From: Magallana gigas
Taxonomy: Eukaryota
Length of the DNA: 64,000 nt
Assembly (NCBI RefSeq): GCF_963853765.1
Contig: NC_088860.1
Span: 38,750,001 to 38,814,000 of the forward strand
Direction: 5' to 3'
This document shows positions 1-9,545 of the stretch, one piece after another. The notes below the pieces were generated by a model, which worked only from the letters and a program-made list of their open reading frames with translations, ran no database searches and was not told the origin of the DNA. The position numbers and the translations under genes are program-made. Numbering within the stretch: the first letter of the stretch is position 1; each line of letters starts with the position of its first letter.

Positions 1-566
1 ATCGACCATGATCAACCTATAAACGTTGAAATAATTTTCCTTTTTCAATTCTTGAAAATTTTCTTATCATATAAAAATTCCCAGGATTAAGCTGAGTAAG
101 CATTATCTCAAAAAGAAGAATGAATTGAGTGTAGATCCATTATCTCTGTGTGTAGGTATACCTACATAAATTACCATGAACCAGATACATGTACGACCTA
201 CATTTTATATACATGCGTATTAACGGATTTTCCCTCCTTTAAATCCAATTCATTTCCTTAAGTTTAAATACATACATAATTACTTTTATAACCAAACATT
301 TGTCTTCCGCGATGCCTTTCTTTCGCAATTCACCTGGGAAAAACCGGTTCGCGCCCGCTAATTTTTGCGATAAAGCCTTATACATTTTTGTTGTTCTTAT
401 AGCCATACGGCACGGACAAGATTGCGGATAGAAATCTTCGCGAAAACGATGTCATGAACCCTTCGAAAATTTCTCCCACGCGAGTAGATGTTGGTCGACA
501 TTTATTATCGGATACTGCGAAGTGGCTTTCAAAGCTACACCCTTTTTGTTCGGCATCCCTACAGGG

Positions 567-653
567 ATTATGTCAATCGGAACATCGCTCGACCATTTCC
601 GTCAAGTTCTCGACTTGACGGACAAGGCCGAGCGATGTTCCGATTGGCATTAT
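567..653. repeat. About 40-bp-arm imperfect hairpin with a 7-nt loop
   Basis: ATTATGTCAATCGGAACATCGCTCGACCATTTCCGTCAAG (567-606) pairs with 614-653 with about 5 mismatches. Confidence 0.85.
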
Positions 654-1869
654 GTATGTGAACCCAACTCACCAACCGTCAGTTTTCGGAAACTGCGATT
701 TCATTAGATTTCTTTGGAAGTTGACGATGAAATTCACATGAAGCATTTATTAGATCATTATTCAATTCAATTAACACGTATATATATCGTTAACATATAT
801 CTAGTATGCATTTGAAGTATAAAAATATATTTTAAGTACATGTATCTTAGTAATATATGTCTTTAAAAAAAACTAATTTATATAAGTAAAATTTTGTTTC
901 CTTTGCATAATCATTATAACATGAATTATTAATATTTTTACATGTGTTTTTCTGAACATTTTTCTTTCGTAAAACGCTTGTTATATGATGTTACTTGTAA
1001 TTAAGTACTGTATCTTTAACATTTTACTGTGCGAACAAGCTAACCTGTTTCCTTCCCCTCATGTTGCCAAAAAATGTAAATGTGTTATAAAATACAACAA
1101 AATTAATGTTACCTATGTCCCTTAGTTTATCATTCATTTGGATGTTAACTTGCTGAATTTTGACGTTTCCGGGAAAAATAACTGATGCAAATGTATTTTT
1201 TATACATTAAATTTCCTTTCACTGCACTTTTCTTGTCTAAAATTCTGTTTAAAGTGACAGATATATATGTAAAGTAAAAAATGTAGTAAAACTGTATTCT
1301 TTGCTTTAATTAACTTTGAGTTTGAATGTCAATTAGTTTAATTTTGTTAGAATGTGACAAGAGCAATTTTTAAAAAAAATTTAACAAATGATACATTCGT
1401 AATGATTAAAAATAAACTATTTCATTAATCAATCGATTAATCAATAGAGTATACAAATACAAATTCATTATTCAATCGATCAATCATCAGATTGTGCAAT
1501 TCTATCAAAGAAATCTATCATTCAATCATATCAATTTATCAACAACAAAATCAAGTCAATATCCATAAATATGTATGATTTTTTATATCATTTTAACACA
1601 AATCCATATAAATTATCCATATTGATATTCAAGTTAATAACCAACTGACAAATCAAAGTGGAGAGTTTAAATATATTCAAATTTGGACTGAATATTATGA
1701 ATTTTGTAAATATGTTTGTTCTCATTCAAAAAACCAACAACAAAAAAAGACAAGTTTTCTGTTTTACCACAACTCGTTCGTGAATCATTAATGCCAAACC
1801 TAGCACCTGGCCTTCTCCCACCCTAAGGTTTATTTTTTTGAAATATTAAAAACAACCTTTTCCCCTAGA

Positions 1870-1947
1870 CCAATCAGATAAGAGAGTGGCGCCGGTCTGA
1901 GTCACGAGATCTCGTTCACAGGAAGTGAGACGACCCACAACATGGCG
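1870..1947 (+). promoter_or_regulatory. Housekeeping-type promoter motif cluster (CCAAT, AP-1, palindrome, ETS, YY1-like)
   Basis: CCAAT 1870-1874, TGAGTCA 1898-1904, CGAGATCTCG 1905-1914, CAGGAAGTG 1919-1927 and AACATGGCG 1939-1947, all within a locally GC/CpG-richer 80 bp. Confidence 0.4.
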
Positions 1948-2754
1948 ATCATTGGCGGCGATTACAGATCTGTTCCAATTAGATGCAAATTTTACTTAAC
2001 TCTGTGATTTAGTCATTGTCTTTTTTACCGGAAAGTGTGCCAGTTTGGATGAAACCAAGTACACATGTTGTAGTGTAATTCATTAGCTTAAAGTGATGTT
2101 CACATTATTATTTGATGTAGAAACGTAACAGCTCACATGAACTTATGCGATTTGAATAGAGGAAATTATATTTGCGAAATTACCGAAAATTAAAACAAAC
2201 AAAAACAAAAAAATTACAAAAAACTGGGACGTTTGACATCTCAATTCATTGTTTAGGTGAATTTACGGCCATCAACCCCTTGAAAAAATATGATATAATT
2301 GAATAAACGTAAACAAAAATTTTATGCATTTACTAAATTAATAGAAATAGGAAAGACCAAACCCTTTCAGAATTGTATATGGCTTGTGTAAAAAGTATCA
2401 AATAATAAACAATTGCACATTAGCAGTTTACTTTAAGAATACCGTTTCAGTCACGTGGTAATGTAAGTGCACGTATATAAAGAACACGGAAACACCAAAT
2501 TCGATTACAGATGCGCAAAACCGAAGCGTGCTGGGACACAATAGGCAGAAAATCTCTTTGTTTCCTTCTATGTATTTGTATAAGCATATGTTATATTACC
2601 ACAGACGGGTCTTAGATCGACATTTTCAATCATCTTATTAGTCCTGACCTACATAACAATTGTACTTTAATTAAATTCGTACGACTTTTGTAATAATTGG
2701 TGTCAGGCTGTATTTGAACTTAATATTAATCAAAGCTGATATTTTTCTTTTTTC

Positions 2755-2758
<4 letters not shown>

Positions 2759-2788
<30 letters not shown>
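2759..2788. repeat. (GA)15 microsatellite
   Basis: Direct reading. Confidence 0.97.
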
Positions 2789-2791
<3 letters not shown>

Positions 2792-3045
2792 AATCAAATG
2801 AACATATTTTTTACTGCGCACTTCCCTTATAACAGATGAAGATGAACTACATTCATTCTTGCATGTCTTATGGCTGAATTCTTACCAATCTCTATTTAAA
2901 CGGAATGTTATATTTAATGATAAGGAAAATTCTCAATTCCAGCACTGCGACCTCCTTTGTCGTGAACAATTTGATTTTCTCTATATTGTTTTATAGTAAA
3001 ATCTAACGATAACTTAATCTTATTCTTGTCATTATTAAGATTTTA

Positions 3046-3600
3046 GTTTTTGGGAGTTGATTTTAATCAACTCTCCTATGCAGTTATTCAGACAAACCGA
3101 AAGTGAAACAGTGTTTGGACCTCAGCACATATCATTGCTGTTGACAAGACTTAGTTCTTGAAATTAATTGATAAATTCGATGTAATGTATGCTAAAGCAT
3201 TGTTTTTCAAGGAAACTTATTTATAAATACCTTGAAAATAGACAGATTTTATGCAGTTATTCAGACAAACCGAAAGTGAAACAGTGTTTGGACCTCAGCA
3301 CAAATCATTGCTGCTGACAAGACTTAGTTCTTGAAATTAATTGATAAATTCGATGTAATGTATGCTAAAACATTGTTTTTCAAGGAAACTTATTTATAAA
3401 TACCTTGAAAATAGTCAGATTTCAAATGGTATGGACAATTTAAATATTTTTTGTAGTCGTATGTATTCCTACGCCAGAGTTCAATATAGTCTCGTTTAAC
3501 TCAACGCTCGGCTGTCTCCGTAAATCTTTGTCGGAGATTTACGGTGTCAGCCGAGCGTTTGGATGAACGAGACTAGAGTTCAATATTGCTTGGATCCATA
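3046..3600 (+). mobile_element. Dispersed composite repeat with a 173-bp internal tandem duplication and a nested hairpin MITE
   Basis: TATGCAGTTATTCAGACAAACC... occurs at 3077 and 3250. Hairpin AGTCTCGTT...AACGAGACT at 3488-3574 is flanked by the 12-bp direct repeat AGAGTTCAATAT. An inverted homologue lies at about 36170-36620. Confidence 0.8.
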
Positions 3601-4668
3601 CAATTTTCGAGAAATATTTCTATTACTGATACATAGTTTAATTGAATTAATTTTATCTTTAAATATTATTTAACATATGGGGGTTTCTCGACATTCTTGT
3701 CGAAAAAGTCCAAAAATTCATATTATAAAATGTGCATAATTCATCTTCATAAATAAGTAACTACATATACTTGTCATGCAAAAAAACATATCATTGATTT
3801 TAAAATAAATAAACATCGACAAAATCAACTCCCGTCAGTTCTTCAGTACTTTGATTATAATAAGTTGCCGCTTAAATGTCATGGATTTGTTATTATGTGT
3901 GTCAAAGAAATTACACACCTTAGAATATCTATTTCATTTTTTACTTTTTATATATTTAAATAATGCTAATATCTAATGGATTTTTCTAATGTAAAATATG
4001 CAGGAATATCCAGAGTTTTAAGAAATCCATCAACATATTGTGAAAACGGAAAACAAGCATGGAAAAAAAATAAATACAATGGATTGAGACAAATTATATT
4101 TGAGGGGGAGGCGAAGAAGTATTGCACAGCGTTTGTAAAAACGTGCCTGCTTGTATTTTATTTGGGCGTAAGGCCTGAAAATTGTTTACTTGTATGTGAA
4201 AACAACTCCAAAAAAATTATAGAGGATCTAAACGACGACGTCAACATCAATAATGTTGATTTTACATTATAAAATCTTGTATGTGAAACTGTAAACAAAC
4301 CTGACGGACGACCATGCGCAATTCTCCTCAAAATTCTCACTAATTTTAATTTGACTACCTGTAATTTTGTTATCTTATATGCCGAATAACACTCCCTGCA
4401 AAATATGCATCAAATAAATATTTTTACGTTCTATTCGAAATGCAATTAATTTGCTTCTTTAGTATAATCTGAAATTTATTTCTTCAGAATTACTATTTTA
4501 TTGTAGTTACAATGCAATACTTTATTATCATATTATCACACGTATATTAAAAATTGCTACATGAATCTATATATCTTTGCTTATCTTTGTTTGGTAAATC
4601 TACCAGGTTTTTTGTTAATAATACGAAAGCATTTGCACGATTTTGGTAAAAAATTCTGTTTTCCGATT

Positions 4669-5150
4669 TTAAAGGGGCATGGTCACTTTTTTTCTCAAAA
4701 AATATTTTTCCGATTTTAATATCTACATTGCTTGAGAAAGGCATTTCTAATAGGCAACCGATATTTGAGTGTCATTCGTTGAGTTATAAGCGAGTTTGGA
4801 ATTCTTCGCTATGTTAACAGAGCGTTTGTTTACATTTTGAACGTTAGTTTTAAACCTAGAACGAATGTGTTAAACGTTAGAAACTGTTTCTCTATGCTTA
4901 AAATAAATAAAAAGATAGACAAATAAGTTGGAAAAGATTTTTTTACTGGTATATTGAACTTATGTAAACAAAAACAGGACACGAGCCGCCTTGTTTACAT
5001 GACAAAGACTTGTGAGCCCTGTATCATGCTTATAACTCTACGAATGATTCTCAAATTTTATTTGACCATTAGAAATGCATTACTAAAGCATTTTAAATAA
5101 TAAAAACATAAAAATAGAATTCAACCAAAATCGTGATCATGCCCCTTTAT
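4669..5150. mobile_element. TTAA-flanked non-autonomous DNA transposon (Kolobok-like termini)
   Basis: TTAA-AGGGGCATGGTCAC (4669-4686) ... GTGATCATGCCCCT-TTAT (5133-5150). A TTAA target site with RR...YY termini fits Kolobok; the family assignment is inferred. Confidence 0.7.
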
Positions 5151-5168
5151 TGTTTACAATGCCTCAGT

Positions 5169-5525
5169 AAGGCATTTTTAATAGACAACCAAAATATGAG
5201 TGCCATTCGTTGAGTTATAAGCGAGTTACAGAACTTACATTCATTGCTATGTAAACAAAAATTTTGTTTGCATTCTGAATTTTAAGTAAAAATTTCAGTT
5301 TCAAGCCTGAAACGAATGTGTAAAATGTTAGGGACTGTTTATTTATGCTTAAAATCTGTAAGAAGATAGACAAATCAGCTTGAAAAAGATTTTTCACTGG
5401 TGTATTGAACCTATGTAAAAAAAAACAGGGCATACGCCTTGTTTACATGACAAAAACTTTTGAGCCATGTATCCTGCATATAATTCTACGACTGACTCTC
5501 AAATTGCATCTGGTTATTAAAAATG
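5169..5525 (+). mobile_element. Adjacent truncated second copy of the 4669-5150 element
   Basis: Repeats AAGGCATTT...CATTCGTTGAGTTATAAGCGAG...ACTGGT(A/G)TATTGAAC...TTGTTTACATGACAAA seen at 4739-5085. Confidence 0.75.
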
Positions 5526-5561
5526 CATTAAAAAACAATTACGATTACGACAAAGAGAATT

Positions 5562-5685
5562 CTCACTCCTCCTAGGCACCTGATCCACCTCTATCGATTT
5601 GGAAGTCCGTGTTGCTCTGCTTTGAATTTGTATTTCGTTTTATGGATTTTCGAGATGGTTCACGGTTTCTTATTGTCATTTTTTA
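5562..5685 (+). mobile_element. Short terminal fragment of a retroelement/SINE-type repeat (family uncertain)
   Basis: CTCCTCCTAGGCACCTGATCCACCTCT...CCGTGTTGCTCTGCTTTGAATTTGTATTTCG...TTATTGTCATTTTTT resembles an abundant bivalve repeat 3' end; this is from memory and unverified. Confidence 0.35.
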
Positions 5686-5829
5686 AATCTAGCTTGTCAG
5701 GTTCATACACGAAGCTACAGTTAAAATATTCTATGAGGATTTTACATCGCGAACCACATGCTAGTTCTTGGATCATAATGATGAAAAATTGTGTGAGGTA
5801 TTCTGGATAGTAATAAAATGCAGCATGTA

Positions 5830-5885
5830 TGGCCTACTTGCGAGTCGGACACACGTCTTGTAATTGCGGTTGCTGGTTCGATCCC
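5830..5885 (+). pseudogene. Very degenerate tRNA-like cassette
   Basis: TGGCCTACTTG (A-box-like), CT-TGT-AA loop, GGTTCGATCCC B-box at 5875-5885. Confidence 0.35.
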
Positions 5886-6386
5886 CTAATGTCTTTAACT
5901 TTTTTGTTTCTTTTCATCAGGAGTACAATGATAAAAAACGAAAGTTGAGATCATATTTGCAGCTTTTTTAATCTGCTTAAAAGTTAAAGCAATAAAAACA
6001 AATCTTAAACAAACATTTTTTCATTAATATTCCACATTTTTTTGACACACACCTTGATCAATTATGTTGTCTGAATTTAATCTCAACTCGAAATATCAAA
6101 TGATTAGATACATAAGGTTTCTGATTTCAAGACCAGTCAAAGAACACCAATACTAGTACCTTTTCAAATGAGTACTTCAGTAAAACTAGGTACATGTATA
6201 TTATGGTTTTTGAAAAATGTACTTCTCGTTAAATCCAAACACTAAATTAATTCAACAGAAGGGGAAAAGTGCTGTTTTACCCCTTTCCTTGAATATAAAT
6301 CTCTGTTCTCGTCAAATTCTTAGGTTAATAAAAAGACGTGTCAACTATAAAGAAGTCTTTTGATCGATGCTTTACCTTATATAAGG

Positions 6387-6535
6387 AATAAGGAATCATT
6401 CTTTGAGTATTATGAGGTGATAATTTCGGTCGGGGCGTGATCAAATCCAATAAAGCCCGAAGGGCTTTATGATAGATTTGATCACGCTACGAACGAAATT
6501 ATCACCTCATAATATTCACAGAATGATTCCTTATT
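6387..6535. repeat. About 150-bp palindromic (foldback) repeat centred on GCCC-GAA-GGGC
   Basis: Arms AATAAGGAATCATTCT...TATTATGAGGTGATAATTTCG...GCGTGATCAAATC and their reverse complement. Confidence 0.85.
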
Positions 6536-7289
6536 ACTTATATTTATATAATTTTAGGCCATCGTATGATTAAATATATAAATATGAATAAGCAAACCCC
6601 GCTGGCGCCTCAATTTGGCGTCATTTGTATTATGGGTTTTATAGTACAAAATCGATACATAGTGTTATTACAGACAAAGACACTGGGAATGTAAATATAA
6701 TTTATTGATATAAAGTACACCTCCCTGACAAGCATGTGAATTATTTTTAAATTGTCAAATTATGAAAAAAAACCTGGGACAGAGAATAGATGTTTTATTG
6801 ATAACAAATATCTTTTATTGATTGTAGCAAAATAGCTTTGGACTACGAAAAGTAAATTATTTGTTTGAACTAATTCATTAAAATTTCACCGTAGTTGGAC
6901 ACAAATGAAAAATTCAAATAATTCAATAAAAGAATTTTTATTACATAGAAACGAAAAAAAACATGCATTATATACTTTACAATATAAATAACATAAAATC
7001 ATGGATATAAAAATCACATATTAATAACAAAAAAAAGACGTATAGAAATGCTCAAGTTCAATTACATTTTGCCCTGAGTATAGAAATATATGTGACTTGC
7101 ACATATATAAACTTATTCTTCTACATATGCATGCAGCTGGTCATTAGATACAGAACTAGGATCATTGGCTTCCTGAAAATTCAAATAAATAAACATCATC
7201 AGTATATCGAACAACAATCAGTGTCATACCCGTGTGTATTTTTTTTTCGAAAATAATACATATAAAAATATGATTTTGTGCAATACTTA

Positions 7290-9368
7290 TCATGTCGCCA
7301 ATTTAAGAATGTCGAACCCTCTGATAACCTCGGGGCTCACTTTCAAATGTTTGTTCCCACTTAATAAAAGTTGTCTTGTTCTTGATAGATAGGAAGTGCG
7401 TGTGACGTTTGTAATGTTATTGTTTTGAAACCAAAGATCCAGAATTCCATCTGGTAGCTGTTCCGGAAAGTCTGTAAGTCCGCGATTCCGACAGTCTACG
7501 ATCGTTATTCCACTGACAGACCTTTCATAGCAGGAACAGGTAGCTGGGCATTTTGGAATGTCTATTTTACAATAAGTATCCGACTCGGGCACCTGGAAAA
7601 CTGGCTTGTATCGGAATTCAGCCGGAGATGAACATTTCCAGTCATTGAAGAAATACTCGTTTCCCCTCAGAAGGCCATCAGCAAGCATTCTTTTAACAAA
7701 TCTAGTGAAATGGTTGATTCGACAGTCACAATGAATGGGATTGTCGGTCAAAATGAATTGGAAATATTTTAGCAAAATCAGTAGCTTAAGCTTTTTCATC
7801 CGAGCATTTAACCGTGTTGAAAGACTAGTTCCGAAATATTTTAGATGGAGGTTGTTAATTTTGCTTCCTGTTAAATCGATCCTTTTCAGCCTCCTTGGAG
7901 ACGATTTGAGCAGGTCGGTCTCTGTTGTGGTCGAGCTTTGTGCGTTACCTTCAGCAAGCAAAGAGAAATTCAAATCCAGAAGCATCTGTGTGAAATTTTG
8001 AAAATCAATGCTGGTATATCTTAAACTCACTTCTTGCAGCGTTTTGAAATACAGAACAGCATCCGGAAATTTGCTCAGTGGGTTACCGTCCAAAATCAAG
8101 GACTTGAAAGAAACCGAGAAAGCTGGAAACATAGAATAACTGAGAGTTACTATATTGTTATACTCCAGTCTAAGTTCTTGAAGGTGGTGAAGTCTTGAGA
8201 AGGCGTGGGGTCCAATCATTGCTATGCTGTTGTTAGAGAGGTCAAGGTAAACGAGTTCCGTATTATAATAAAACATGTCATCAGAAACCACAGACAAGAG
8301 ATTTGCGTGTAAATTCATGTGTCGGAGGGCGGTTAAACCACGGAACCCATCAGTGGGAATGTTTGAAAGGTAATTCACACTCAGGTCAAGATGCTGGAGA
8401 CCTGGCAAACCAGAAAACGTGAATGAACTGAAGGAGGACAGACCATTCCCAGATAATTTCAACATGTCCAAGTATCCCTCAAATCTGAATCCTACAAGCG
8501 TTTCTATATCGTTTGAATTTAAATTAAGAACCCGTTTTCGCATGTTTGGCTGTATGATGACATTGTATCTTGTAGCAGAATCGTACAAACCAGTTTCAGA
8601 TAGCGACTTGTTGTTTTCAAAGTACATTCGTTTATTATTCCATGGGAAATTAGGCGAAGTCTTCAAAAAGGAATCGGATATTTGTAGATCTTGTAGGTTT
8701 GGAAACTTATACTTAAGATGAGAAAGATGTTGATTTAAGTCAAAACGTCTAAATTGCAACTCTTTAACATTTGGAAATGTTTCATTACATTGAAACATTT
8801 CAGAAAAATTGACTGCATTATGTTTTTCAGGCAAAATAATCCCTATGGCGTTGGCGGACTTGAGATATCTGCAGTTAGAATTTAGCAATTTTGAACCATC
8901 ACAATAAGAATACTTTTGAAGTGGATATGTATTGATGAAAGACACGTGGTTAAAACTGGCGCGGTTACTAAGTGTGTTCAAGCTATCTGTTGTCAGAAGA
9001 CAGTTTTCTACTTGAACATGAAAAACCGCGTTTGGTATAGTTGGTCTGGCGTCTGGATTAAAATGAATAGTGTAGTTTGCAGCACATCGCATGATCAAGA
9101 CAGCAACTGCCCTGTTTCCGTTAAAATGGTAACTATCTAACACATCAGCTGTGTTCAGATAGCACTCATCTGATGATGGAGGCATCAAAGAAATTCCTAC
9201 AATGTTTGTCTTCAGTGGCTGATTGTTCACTTCCATAACACTGAATGATGTAGACTTAACTTGTCTGTAAAGACACTTCGGTATTCCGCATTGAGTAACA
9301 ATGTTTGCTGTCGAAAGTTTCATAGCAATAAAGCAGAAGCACCAAATAACGTTGAAATTTCGAAGCAT
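7290..9368 (-). CDS. TLR-A: ectodomain-only (secreted-type) Toll-like LRR protein, 692 aa, no TM or TIR
   Basis: ATG at 9368. Hydrophobic signal peptide (MLRNFNVIWCFCFIAMKLSTA), Cys-rich N-terminal region, about 10 LRRs (e.g. LQHLDLSVNYL, LVYLDLSNNSI), LRRCT (NPIHCDC...DWKCSSPAEF...TYC), LRRNT (CPATCSC...IVDCRNRG), then about 2 LRRs and a stop. Collinear with the ectodomains of B, C and D. Confidence 0.88.
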   Translation of the reverse strand: MLRNFNVIWCFCFIAMKLSTANIVTQCGIPKCLYRQVKSTSFSVMEVNNQPLKTNIVGISLMPPSSDECYLNTADVLDSYHFNGNRAVAVLIMRCAANYTIHFNPDARPTIPNAVFHVQVENCLLTTDSLNTLSNRASFNHVSFINTYPLQKYSYCDGSKLLNSNCRYLKSANAIGIILPEKHNAVNFSEMFQCNETFPNVKELQFRRFDLNQHLSHLKYKFPNLQDLQISDSFLKTSPNFPWNNKRMYFENNKSLSETGLYDSATRYNVIIQPNMRKRVLNLNSNDIETLVGFRFEGYLDMLKLSGNGLSSFSSFTFSGLPGLQHLDLSVNYLSNIPTDGFRGLTALRHMNLHANLLSVVSDDMFYYNTELVYLDLSNNSIAMIGPHAFSRLHHLQELRLEYNNIVTLSYSMFPAFSVSFKSLILDGNPLSKFPDAVLYFKTLQEVSLRYTSIDFQNFTQMLLDLNFSLLAEGNAQSSTTTETDLLKSSPRRLKRIDLTGSKINNLHLKYFGTSLSTRLNARMKKLKLLILLKYFQFILTDNPIHCDCRINHFTRFVKRMLADGLLRGNEYFFNDWKCSSPAEFRYKPVFQVPESDTYCKIDIPKCPATCSCYERSVSGITIVDCRNRGLTDFPEQLPDGILDLWFQNNNITNVTRTSYLSRTRQLLLSGNKHLKVSPEVIRGFDILKLAT

Positions 9369-9545
9369 TTTGGATAATGTTTTATCAACCAGTGCTTATT
9401 CTAATTTTTGTTCCCTGTTGATAAACAAGAGATGCTCTAGTCAGTCACAAATATTCCACGTTTGTATGATTTACATTCAATTTAAACAAGCATGTGTTGC
9501 TAAGTCTTTCGCCTTGTGTCGGCTGTCCAAACTTTGTAACAAATT

